Source: an uncultured Verrucomicrobiae bacterium | GTDB lineage: Bacteria; Verrucomicrobiota; Verrucomicrobiia; Limisphaerales; Palsa-1400 | Length of the DNA: 64,000 nucleotides | Assembly: GCA_963702845.1 (NCBI GenBank) | Contig: OY969763.1 | Span: forward strand, 2,528,001-2,592,000 | Direction of reading: 5' to 3' | Shown: piece after piece, positions 20,427 through 30,612 of the stretch | Layout of the letters: every line of letters starts with the position of its first letter | Numbering within the stretch: position 1 is the stretch's first letter | The notes under the pieces: generated by a model | Database searches by the model: none | Told to the model about the DNA's origin: nothing | The model's input: only the letters and a program-made list of their open reading frames with translations | Position numbers and translations under genes: made by a program

Positions 20427-22454
20427 ATGCCGGTCCGAATTATCGGAATCATAACAAAGAGGAACTTAGTGCAGTTGCAACCGAAGTCACATCAATCACA
20501 GTCAAAAACTTCGACGGCAAGGTCTCTGGCATCGTTCCGCGAGTGGCGCGAATCGCGATTTGGGTTTGTTGCAGTTCAATGTGCGCTGTTGGTTTTTTGT
20601 TGGACGGTTATGCGCGTCGTGTTGTTTGGAATGTTTCGCGTCAATACCCCGGCGCCGGGCGATACGATGCGTGCCATGCTGATCGGACTGCATCTCGATG
20701 TGACGGCGGCGACCTGCCTCTTGTTCCCGTTCCTGCTCTGGTGCTGTGTCATTCCAAATTCGTGGTTTGGCGCAAAGTGGCATCGGACATTGATGTCGTG
20801 TGGGGCGTTGCTGTTCTGGATTGTCGAAGTGTTCCTGTTGTTCGTGGAATATTTCTTTTTCGACGAGTTTAAATCCCGCTTCAACACGGTTGCGATCGAC
20901 TACCTGATGTATCCACACGAGGTGTTCGTGAATATCTACGATTCGTATCCGATTATCTGGGTTGTATTGATTTCGGTTGTGGTAGGTGGACTGATGTATT
21001 TCGCAGCACGGCGGTTCGCGCTTTACACATTCAATCCTGTTTCCGGCACACAACGCGCGATCTCGCTCGTTGGCGGCATTGTGGTCGCAGGCGGACTAGC
21101 GCTTACCACGCATCTGACGGAAGCGAAATTCAGCACCGAACGCACGCTCAATGAAATCGCAAACAATGGGACTGTCTCGTTCCTGACCGCAGCGTGGTCT
21201 CGTAATCTCGATTACGACGCGTTCTACAAGACGATGGACAAAGCGGCGGCGTTTGCGCGCACGCGTGATTTGTTGCAGGCGCCAGGGACGAAGTTTGGCG
21301 ATGATCCAAATTCGTTGAGGAAAACCGTCGCCGGCGATTCAACACGTCCGCGATTGAATGTAGTTATTTTTCTTGAGGAAAGTCTTGGCTCGGAGTTTTG
21401 GGGTTCGCTTGGTCGAAAAGGCGCAACATTGACGCCCAACCTCGATAAACTCACGACTGAAGGGCTGCTCTTTGAGAACATCTATGCGACGGGTAATCGG
21501 ACGGTGCGGGGTTTCGAAGGTGTGTTGTCTTCGTTTCCGCCGCTGCCAGGTGATTCGATTGTGAAGCGAGACCATTCGGAAAACGTCGAAACGATCGCGC
21601 GTGTGCTCAAACGCGATGGCTACAATACGATGTTCCTCTACGGTGGCCGTGGATTATTCGACGGCATGCGGTCATTTACAGTGCACAATGGATACGACCG
21701 GTTTGTTGAACAAAAAGATTTTCTGAACCCGACGTTCACCACGATCTGGGGCGTGTGCAACGAGGACCTTTACAATCGGACGCTCGAAGAATTGCGCGCG
21801 GCATCAAAAACCGGACAGCCGTACATGGCGACAGTGCTGTCCGTATCCAATCACAAGCCATACTTGTTTCCGCCCGGGCGAATTGCCGAGGATCCAAAAG
21901 CGCAGCAACGCGATTACGCGGTGAAGTACACCGATTGGGCGCTGGGCCAATTTTTTGATGCGGCGAAGAAAGAAAGCTTTTGGACGAATACAATTTTTGT
22001 GGTGGTTGCCGACCACGGTGCCCGTGTCTACGGCACACAGACCATTCCAATTCACTCCTACGAAATTCCCCTGCTGGTGCTCGGGCCTGCGGCGGTAAAA
22101 GAGCCCGCGCGAAATGCAGCGCTTGGCTGCCAGCTTGATGTTGCCCCGACCGTTCTCGGAATGATCGGACGGCCTTATGAGAGCATGTTTTACGGCAGAG
22201 ATCTGTTGAAGCCACACAAAGAGTTTGTCGTGATGAACCACAATCGCGATATCGGCATGTATCGAGACAAACATTTGGTGGTGTTAAACCTGAACAAAAC
22301 GGTCGAATATTTCCACGGCGACCCTAAAGCCGAGGATATGCAACTCTCCCCGACGGGCGATGCGCAGGATGTGGAGTTGGAAAAAGATGCGGTTTCGCTC
22401 TTCCAAACAGCCGACACACTTTACATGAGCCGTAATTATCGATTGGACGAGTAA
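20427..22454 (+). CDS. LTA synthase / phosphoglycerol-transferase-like membrane sulfatase-fold protein
   Basis: About 5 N-terminal TM segments, then FLEESLG, GNRTVRG (candidate catalytic Thr), SNHKPY and VADHG. Start uncertain. Confidence 0.88.
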   Translation: MPVRIIGIITKRNLVQLQPKSHQSQSKTSTARSLASFREWRESRFGFVAVQCALLVFCWTVMRVVLFGMFRVNTPAPGDTMRAMLIGLHLDVTAATCLLFPFLLWCCVIPNSWFGAKWHRTLMSCGALLFWIVEVFLLFVEYFFFDEFKSRFNTVAIDYLMYPHEVFVNIYDSYPIIWVVLISVVVGGLMYFAARRFALYTFNPVSGTQRAISLVGGIVVAGGLALTTHLTEAKFSTERTLNEIANNGTVSFLTAAWSRNLDYDAFYKTMDKAAAFARTRDLLQAPGTKFGDDPNSLRKTVAGDSTRPRLNVVIFLEESLGSEFWGSLGRKGATLTPNLDKLTTEGLLFENIYATGNRTVRGFEGVLSSFPPLPGDSIVKRDHSENVETIARVLKRDGYNTMFLYGGRGLFDGMRSFTVHNGYDRFVEQKDFLNPTFTTIWGVCNEDLYNRTLEELRAASKTGQPYMATVLSVSNHKPYLFPPGRIAEDPKAQQRDYAVKYTDWALGQFFDAAKKESFWTNTIFVVVADHGARVYGTQTIPIHSYEIPLLVLGPAAVKEPARNAALGCQLDVAPTVLGMIGRPYESMFYGRDLLKPHKEFVVMNHNRDIGMYRDKHLVVLNLNKTVEYFHGDPKAEDMQLSPTGDAQDVELEKDAVSLFQTADTLYMSRNYRLDE

Positions 22455-22466
22455 AGACACAGTAAC

Positions 22467-22490
22467 ACCTCTTTGGGAGGTTTTTTCTTG
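22467..22490 (+). terminator. Weak terminator-like hairpin
   Basis: acctct-ttg-ggaggt followed by a T tract, just after the LTA synthase stop. Confidence 0.45.
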
Positions 22491-23162
22491 CGAGGGAAAA
22501 TGCTGTCTTTGCACACGCCCGGCCTCGGCAAGTGAAGAACTGCCATCCCGTCGCGCCCACAATCATCCTATTCACACGAGTAGCAGAAGATCTTTCAAAG
22601 CTTTTGACTCGTCGCTCTTGCTGCTGCGTTTGCCGCCGCCGGACGATTATGATCGTGTCGGCGGAAAATCCACACGAACAAATCCGAAATACATGATCGC
22701 GGCGGGTTGTTTAAAACTAAACTGATAGGAATTTCTTTTTGCGCGCACGGTCGCTTCTTCAATAGACCATGACGTTATCGTGGCTATGATTCAAATTGTT
22801 GCCCGCAGGGGTCTTATCATCGATTCTCCACTACTCGCCCACTACCCCTCCGCTATTGCCGGGAATTCGCGCGGCACAGTCTTGCCATTTTCTTGCCCAT
22901 ATTATATTTTACTCCTGTCAATCAGCCCTGCGGTGCAGGGTTCGTGCGACCGGCCAACTCATTCCGCTGGAATGCAGCGCCCCCGCCATTCGGGCCTTTC
23001 TCGGTGAGAGAGGGTTTTAAGCGAATGCGTCAAAAAACGCGTCCGCCATATAACTCTAAAACTCTTAAACTCAAAGAATCCTAAGAATCCGTCGGTGAAC
23101 TGTTGTCGTTCGCTGACATAAACGCGCCGGCGTTTGTCCCGGCTTTGAAAGGTGTCCGTCTT

Positions 23163-23573
23163 ATGAAAGATCAAGAAACAGTCCAGCAGTTTATTCTACT
23201 CCGCGCCCGTGGTTGGACCTATGCCCGCCTGGAGACCGAACTCAACGTCACTAAACCCACCCTCATCGACTGGAGCCGCAAGCATCAGTTCGAGATCCAA
23301 AACCTCCACGCTATCGAACTCGAAGCGCTCCGCGCCAAATGGCTCGCTTCCACTTCCGAACATGTCGATGCCGTCGGCGAACAGTTGCGCCGTGTCGAAG
23401 CCGAGCTCGCCACCCGCAATCTCACAGAACTAACCACGCCCCAACTCATGAGCGCTGCCCGCAACCTGCGTCGCCAGATCGAGCAAGCCACCGGCCCGCT
23501 CCAGTTCAGCGTTCCCGTAAACGAAATTCCTTCCGCCGAATTCCATGAACAGGTCCAGGATTGGAAAGCCTGA
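23163..23573 (+). CDS. Hypothetical N-terminal helix-turn-helix protein (terminase-small-subunit-like layout)
   Basis: ATG at 23163. HTH pattern FILLRARGWTYARLETELNVTKPTLIDWSRK followed by amphipathic helices. Confidence 0.7.
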   Translation: MKDQETVQQFILLRARGWTYARLETELNVTKPTLIDWSRKHQFEIQNLHAIELEALRAKWLASTSEHVDAVGEQLRRVEAELATRNLTELTTPQLMSAARNLRRQIEQATGPLQFSVPVNEIPSAEFHEQVQDWKA

Positions 23574-23591
23574 ACCACCAAATCGATTGCT

Positions 23592-23795
23592 GGTAAAGAA
23601 AAGGTAAAGAAATGGTCAAGTTTTTATCGGTAGGGCGTGCGTGCGAACCGGACAGCATCCTCGAGAGGTGCATCAAGTCCTGTTGTTCCGTCTCTCCGGA
23701 CGCGCGCGCCGCTCTTCGGAGGTCAGGTGAGTAAACGTAAGTTGCGCTGTCGGACGTTCCGACCGGTAAAGAAAAGGTAAACAAATGGTAAAGTT
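23592..23795 (+). repeat. Two triplets of an 11-bp unit (ggtaaagaaa[a/t]) at 23592-23622 and 23765-23795
   Basis: ggtaaagaaaa|ggtaaagaaat|ggtcaagtt and ggtaaagaaaa|ggtaaacaaat|ggtaaagtt; the two blocks match at 29/31. Confidence 0.85.
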
Positions 23796-24612
23796 CCGGC
23801 CCAGGCCCCGGCGTCGACGCGATGCCTCTCGCTCCGTTGTCCGACGGCATGTTCATTATCACATGCGTCGTCTCAACCGCCCGTGCCTTCGGAATCTGCC
23901 CGGCTACCGGCGCGGTCCCGACGACTTATCTCAAGCCATCACTGCCATGAACCGCGCCATCCGCGCCCATCGCCGCCTTTGCCGTCTGGCTCCTGAAATT
24001 TTTGACTCTACCGAGGTCGACCGACTCGCTCACCGCCGCAAGCAAGACGCCGAATGGCAAGCCGTTTGGGAACCCGCACTGATCGAAGTCTACGGACCGT
24101 CTCCTCCCGAAGAGTCCCGCCGAAATGCTCTGGTAGACCAGCCACAGTTACCACGATGTGCTCGCACCCGCCGTGTCATCGAACGCGAATACGCGGAATG
24201 GCGATTCTGGATGGAAGCCAACCGCCTCGCCACCGACCGCTACCAACAGCGCCGGCCTCATGCGCTCGCATCCGTTTCCCAAATAGCACGTCTCATTGAT
24301 GCCGCCATGACTTTCGGCCAGCTCGCCTGTGGTTCGTTCAACCCAACTTCCGAGCCACCCGCCCATGCTCAGGCGTTGACAGATCTCAAACGCGCCTACG
24401 GACCGGAAGCTTTAGCCGCAAGGGAGGCCGAAGCTTTGGAGAGACAGAAGGCTGCGCCGGCCCCGCAACCGCCTCCACCTCCACCACCGGCTTACGTCGA
24501 TACAAAAAGGGACATCATCCAGGTCCCCATCCCACCACGTCCACGACCGCGAAATCGGGCCGACGAACACCCGGTCGCGCGCCTGCTCAATGACCTCTTC
24601 GGCGTGAAATGA
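23785..24612 (+). CDS. Hypothetical basic protein with proline-rich C-terminus
   Basis: 275-codon ORF with C-rich codon style like the upstream HTH gene. Internal motif repeat ALIEVYGP / DLKRAYGP. Start uncertain. Confidence 0.55.
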   Translation: MVKFRPRPRRRRDASRSVVRRHVHYHMRRLNRPCLRNLPGYRRGPDDLSQAITAMNRAIRAHRRLCRLAPEIFDSTEVDRLAHRRKQDAEWQAVWEPALIEVYGPSPPEESRRNALVDQPQLPRCARTRRVIEREYAEWRFWMEANRLATDRYQQRRPHALASVSQIARLIDAAMTFGQLACGSFNPTSEPPAHAQALTDLKRAYGPEALAAREAEALERQKAAPAPQPPPPPPPAYVDTKRDIIQVPIPPRPRPRNRADEHPVARLLNDLFGVK

Positions 24613-25004
24613 GTAGTTCTCGTATGGATCGTCTTTCGGCGACACGTGTGCCGAATAAAAATAAATTTGAGCGCCAAAGAAAAGATTCAGCCCCAAAGCA
24701 AGCACTTAAATCGGAGAGAACTGTCAAATAAACCGCTTTATTTCCCGGAAGCCATCTCACCTACAGTTAAGTTGGTGAGGAAATACCAGCTCGGGGCTTA
24801 CGGATAAGCTCCCCGCAAGTCAGCGGAGACTTTCCTCCCCTTCCCACTCATCCTTTTATCAATCTCGCAAAGCATTCAGGAAATGATTGCTGTCCAGGCT
24901 TCCCGTCATCTCGTTCGAGTAAGCCCGCTTTCTTCCTTCTTGTCTTTGCGTCCTTCGCGAAACAATTTCTACTTTGTGCTGAAATTTTTGTGCCTTCTTC
25001 GCGA

Positions 25005-25778
25005 TTAAGTAATCGGACGAAGGGTCAAGCCGATGAACAGGTTACAGAACTCCAGTGGCAGAGGGAACGGGAAGAACGTCCGGCTGACGACACGAAAACC
25101 TCGGCGGAGTTCCTCATAAATTTCCGATGGAACATTAATGTGTTCGCGGCCGATGAAATTGATATAAGGGATCTTGTACCGCTTTTCGTAGATGCGCTGC
25201 GCGGAAATGCGGCGCGCAATGCCGTACGCCAACCCGCCTTCGCATGGGATAATCACCGACAAGAATCCCGTTTTCTTATCACAAAGGCGATGCATCTCAT
25301 CCACTGCTCGCGGCAAGTCAGACAAATGCTCCAGCACGTTGATCGCGATGATCCGATCGAAGTAATCATCGGGAAAATCCAACTTCTTCTGACAATCGCC
25401 GAGGTAAGTCTGGATTTTCGGAAAACGCTGTTTGATGCGCTGCACCATGTTCTCCCGCGCATCAAGCCCAACGTAATTGCGCTCCTGTTCAGAAGTCAGT
25501 TTCTCATAAAGCAGGTGTTCCCCCAGACCGCAGCCGATCTCCAGCGTCCGACGGAACTCATTCGGACAATGACGTAACACGTAGCGGTGGTTGAACTGGT
25601 CAGCAATAGCGAAGCGACTCGGCAAAACGTCATGCCAATACTCCATGAAATCGTCGTTGATCCGCTTCAGTTCAGGGCTGAGCGGCGGCAGGCTCTTTGG
25701 CCACTTCCCAGATTTCTCGATAGAAGGATTCATCCGGCGACAATCGGGCCCAGCCAGGATTTGAGAAGGGTTCGACAT
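25005..25778 (-). CDS. Class I SAM-dependent methyltransferase
   Basis: TLEIGCGLG motif I, YVGLD, LDFPDDYFDRIIAINVLEHL. Alternative start ATG at 25733. Confidence 0.9.
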   Translation of the reverse strand: MSNPSQILAGPDCRRMNPSIEKSGKWPKSLPPLSPELKRINDDFMEYWHDVLPSRFAIADQFNHRYVLRHCPNEFRRTLEIGCGLGEHLLYEKLTSEQERNYVGLDARENMVQRIKQRFPKIQTYLGDCQKKLDFPDDYFDRIIAINVLEHLSDLPRAVDEMHRLCDKKTGFLSVIIPCEGGLAYGIARRISAQRIYEKRYKIPYINFIGREHINVPSEIYEELRRGFRVVSRTFFPFPLPLEFCNLFIGLTLRPIT

Positions 25779-26209
25779 GCTGCAATGGTGCAGTGCTCTG
25801 TACGGAACTCAAGGCGAAATCGACCATCTAACAGGGTCCATCCTCACACTGTTCTAAAAACTGGGAAGTATGCCAGAGTTGGTCCCAATGGTCGTCGCGG
25901 CGGGCTTCATCCAAAGAGAGCAGCCGACACAGGCCTTGGTGTGTCTAGACTGTCCGGCGCACTTAAAGCGACATTGCTACTGTCGAGATGCTGATTCAAC
26001 GGCTCCAGAGCCAATCGGCCATCCACGTTTGACGATATCTTTGTAATTCATCCGATGTGCGTTAGTGGCAAAGTTGTTCTTTTCTCGTTGGATGGTCTGC
26101 GCCTGGGCGTTTTTTTGTGTCTGTTGCCCGTGTCGGAGTTGGTGCTAGTCGGGGTTCTATCCAGTGCGTCAATTGCGGTTGCTGCTCTCGATACGATAGG
26201 TAAAAAAGG

Positions 26210-29200
26210 GTGGTTTTCCTTTTCCAGAATGATTTGATAACCTTTTTCCGCATAGTGATTCCGGAGACAGCGAACCCAGGCAGCGACATCGTCGAGGCAA
26301 AGATCCTTCCACCAAAGACTGGTGAATCTCGATCGGGTGGTGGCCTGCCGATTTGGGGCGCGATGATCGTATTGGCGGCACTGACATTCGGAGTTTTCGC
26401 GGAGTTTCTTTTTGGTTCGCGCACTGTCGTTTCTGCCGCTGGAACGGATACTTATTTTTATTTCCTGCACTGGCGCAACTTCGGCATTCACGAATTGCTG
26501 AAAGGGAACCTGCCCTTGTGGAATCCGCACTATGGATCTGGGATGCCGTTTTTCGGTGGCTTTCAATCGGCGCTGCTTTACCCGCTGAACGCTGTTTTTC
26601 TCTTCCTTCCGGTGGAATTGGCCGTCAACTGGTCAGTGGCTCTTCATGTGTTTCTCATGGGTGCATTCACGTACCTTTGGGTTCGGCATCAAGGCCTAAA
26701 TCCACTGAGCTGTTTGCTTGCAGCGATGGTCATGATGTTCGGCGGGGCCTATTTTCTGCATATCTACGCTGGTCACCTGCCGAATCTTTGCACGATGGTT
26801 TGGGCGCCACTTTTATTTTTGGCGATAGACAAAGTTTTTGCCAAACCTTCGCCAGGCGGCTGCTTACTGGGCATCTTTGCAGTAACTATGGCTCTCCTGG
26901 CCGGGCATGTGCAGTACGTCTTTTATTTGGGTTGCGCAGCTGCTGTTTACTGTCTGCTTAATTGGCGTTATGTCGTCGGTGATTCCCGTGTGGTCGTGTA
27001 CCTGTTGGCGATCGGCGTTGGACCAATCTTATTGACTGCGGTTCAATTGCTGACGGGAATCCAGGAGGCCGGGGAAGGTCTACGCAGCGGTGGCGTTGGC
27101 TATGAAACGGCGTCGACGTTTTCTTTTCCTCCGGAAAATATTCTTACCACCGTTGCGCCATGGTTTTTCGGCGATATGCAAACGGTACCGTATTGGGGGC
27201 GTTGTTTTCTCTTTGAAATGTGTCTGTTTGCAGGGGTATCGGTGTTGGTGCTGGCCGCGGTCGGGACAATTGGCGACCACGGGAAACGCCCATGGACGGC
27301 GATTATCATGGTGCTAGTGGCGCTCGTCATCGCGTTGGGCGGTCACACGCCCTTATTCCGCATGCTTTACGAGTATGCGCCCGGCTTCAACAAGTTCAGG
27401 GGCAGTTCGAAGTTCATTTTTCTCGCCGCATTATTTCTGTCTTTCCTGGCTGCGCGGGGTCTGAACAGGATCATGACGAAAGGCGTCCCGCGCTTGCTGA
27501 TCGCCAGCACCTTTGCAAGCGCAGCTATTCTAACGGTGTTGGCAATATCTCTTTTCTACACACCATTGTGGGGAAGGGTCCTTCACACGCTTGCAGCGAC
27601 ACAGGAGATCTATCCGCAAGCGATGAGCGGTCAACCGGCTCACGAGAGCGCTCAATTTGCGATTACAGCCGGGCAGCATGCGGCGGCTAGTTTTGCTCCT
27701 GCGATTGCAGCGCTGATCACTCTTGGCGTGCTCCTGCTGCTGGTTAAGAAATCTTCGCAATGGGCAATGGCTCTGGTGGCTCTCGCGGGTTTTGAACTCT
27801 ACGGATTCGCGCGCCCCGCACTGGCGTCCTTTGAACCGAACGAGGGTGACTTTGCTGCCATCCGCCAAATTCTTGATCAGCACCGCGGCGATTACCGCAT
27901 CATCAACTCCGGAAACCCAAACGCGGCGATGAGTCTGGATGCGCAGGATATCTGGGTCAATGATCCCGCCATTTCGCGACGATACGCGGAGTTTTTGGCG
28001 CTGACGCAGCAACAAGGACGCACCAATTTGACGCAGGATTTTGTCTACCAGCGTTACGACCGATTATTTGACATGTTGCGGTGCCGATACGTTTTCGGCT
28101 CGGGTGGAGGGGGCGTTACCGTTTCAGAACATACGAACGCCTTGCCCCAACTGCTCTTGATCTCGAATTACCGCGTCATAACGAACGCCGATCGAATTCT
28201 CTCAACTCTTGCCAACGCTGATTTTGATTTTCACAAAGAAGTGATTCTCGAAAGCGAGCCGGAAGTGAAGCCGACGACCAGCCATGGCACCGTGAAATTG
28301 CTGAACTCCACTACCGATGCACTATCAATCGACGTTGACGTCAGCGACCAATCGATTCTCCTGGTGACCGACACTTACGCCAAAGGCTGGCGCGCATTGC
28401 CATTGCCGGGTTCCGTGGCGGACCACTATACAGTCATGCCCGCCAATTATATTCTGCGCGCTATTCCGCTGGTGGCAGGTCACCATCATATTCGTCTTGA
28501 ATACGCGCCGGTGGGGTTTCGGGTTGGGAAATGGCTTTCGATCGTCTCCGCATTCATATTTTTTGTGGCGCTTGGCGCAACTGTTCGCAAACCGATCGCG
28601 CGCTGGATTGCTGGATTTCGCGCAGGCGACGCCTGGGTGTCTGACAGCCCTTTCATTTCCGGAGTTTCGGCATTGGCTCATCGCTTTCCCATAGCGGTTG
28701 GAGCGTTACCGATCTTCGTCCTTGTCTTACTGATCTATCTTCCCGCGATGCACGGGGAGTTCATTTGGGATGATGACATACTTCTTACCAACAATCCTCT
28801 CATTCGCTCTACCAGTGGCTTGTTTGACATTTGGTTTACCAGCAAGCCACTCGATTACGTCCCGTTGACGATGACGTCATTTTGGTTTCAATGGCGCATA
28901 TGGGGCCTCGACCCGGCGGGTTATCATCTCGTGAATGCGTTACTGCATGCACTGGGATCGGTCCTGTTGTGGCGCTTGTTGAGGATGTTCAAGCTGCCTG
29001 GAGCATGGTTTGCTGCTACCATCTTTGCCGTTCATCCAGTGTGCGTCGCTTCGGTCGCATGGATCGCCGAGCAAAAGAACACGCTGTCGCTCGTATTCGT
29101 CCTGTTGAGTTTGATTTTGTATTTTCGCGGGGAAGGGTCGCGAGAATTGCACGGGGCTACTTCAATGGCAACATCGCAGCCTGGATCCGGCTCGTTCTAT

Positions 29201-30612
29201 TGGGCGTCTTTAGTGGCTTTCGCGCTGGCTTTGGCAAGCAAGCCTTCGGCAGTGGTACTACCAGTAATATTGCTGGGATGTATATGGTGGCGTTACGGAA
29301 AAGTGGGCTGGCGCGATATACTTCGCACGATTCCATTTTTCGCGTTAACTATCGCCTCATGCTTTATCACCCTTTGGATACAGCACCGAGCGAGAGCCGG
29401 CGGTGAAATTCATAGTGATCCGTTTCTGGTCAGAGTGCTCGGAGGCACCTGGTCTGTTTGGTTTTATCTCTACAAGACAATATTGCCGATAAACCTATCG
29501 ATGATTTACCCAAGGTGGTCGATTAATCCTGGATCGGTGGTGACCTGGTTGCCCGCAGCGGCGTTGGTGATTCTGGGGGGGGGTGCTTGTGGAAAGTGAA
29601 GGCATGGGGGAGATCGGTGTTGTTCGGATTCGGCTACTATGCGATCACGCTTTTGCCCGTTCTTGGGATCGTGGACATGTATTTCCTGATTTATTCGCGT
29701 GCAGCGGATCACTGGCAATATATGTCTTTGATTGCCCCAATTGCGGCAGTGGTTGCATTGGGCTGTTTAAAACTAAAGCTGGGCACCCGGGTATTGGCGT
29801 TGGGGCCTGTGATCATTGCGTTTTGCCTCTTAACCTTGTATCAATCGCATTTTTATCAGACGAGAGAAAGCCTGTGGCGTCATACTATTTCTAAGAATCC
29901 AACAGCGTGGGCTGCTTACAATAATTTGGGTTACACTCTCGAAGACAAAGGCAAAGTGAAGGAGGCGGAAGATATGTACGTCCTTTCGTTGCGCCATAAC
30001 CCCAATTATGCAGAAGCTCATAACAATTATGGAGACTTGCTTCAGAAATCTGGAAAATGGAAGGAAGCGCTAGAGCACTACGCTGCGGCAGTTCGAATCA
30101 TACCGAATTATGCAGACGCCCACAGTAATTTAGGCGGGCTCTTGCTTGAAACCAATCAGTTCGTTGAAGCCGAGAAGCATCTCACAATTGCGCTACAGTT
30201 GAAGCCCAACCTCGGTGCGGCACGTTATAACTACGGTATTTTGCTCTCACGGACAGGCAAGCGAACGGAAGCATTGCAACAGTTTCAAACTGCGATAGCT
30301 TTGGATCCGACGTTGGTCAAAGCGTACGCGAATGCCGGTTACGTCCTGCTCGAGCAAGGAAAGCTGACGGAGGCTGCGGTATATTATTCCGCGCTGCTGC
30401 GATTGCAGCCGGATTCGATTGATGGGCATTACAATCTTGGGCTGATTCTTGCCAAACAAGGCCGAAATGCCGAAGCAAGAATTCATTTTTTAGATGTGGT
30501 GCGGCTACGACCCGACTTCGAAGAAGCGAAGCAACAGCTTGAGTTGCTACAGCGATCGAGCGGTGAAGCGAAGTCGGCGGCATGCCTCTTTAGGGACCTC
30601 ACATGCGGATAA
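26210..30612 (+). CDS. YfhO-like GT-C domain fused to TMTC-like GT-C and TPR array (paralog 3), frameshifted at G9 tract 29575-29583
   Basis: The N-terminal ~790 aa are YfhO-like (PLWNPHYGSGMPFFGGFQSALLYP; DTYAKGWRA...PANYILRAIPLVAGHHHIRLEY). The same frame continues into GEFIWDDD...HPVCVASVAWIAEQKN. ORF 29587..30612 supplies the remaining TM segments (ADHWQY) and TPRs. The true start is probably somewhat downstream of 26210. Confidence 0.82.

Noticed and set aside
23163..24612. IS element or prophage
   Set aside because: No DDE/HUH/recombinase motifs, terminal inverted repeats, target duplication or phage structural genes were seen.
26055..26237. Small hydrophobic ORF upstream of the YfhO-TMTC fusion
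   Set aside because: It is short, overlaps the probable promoter/start region, and has no supporting motif.
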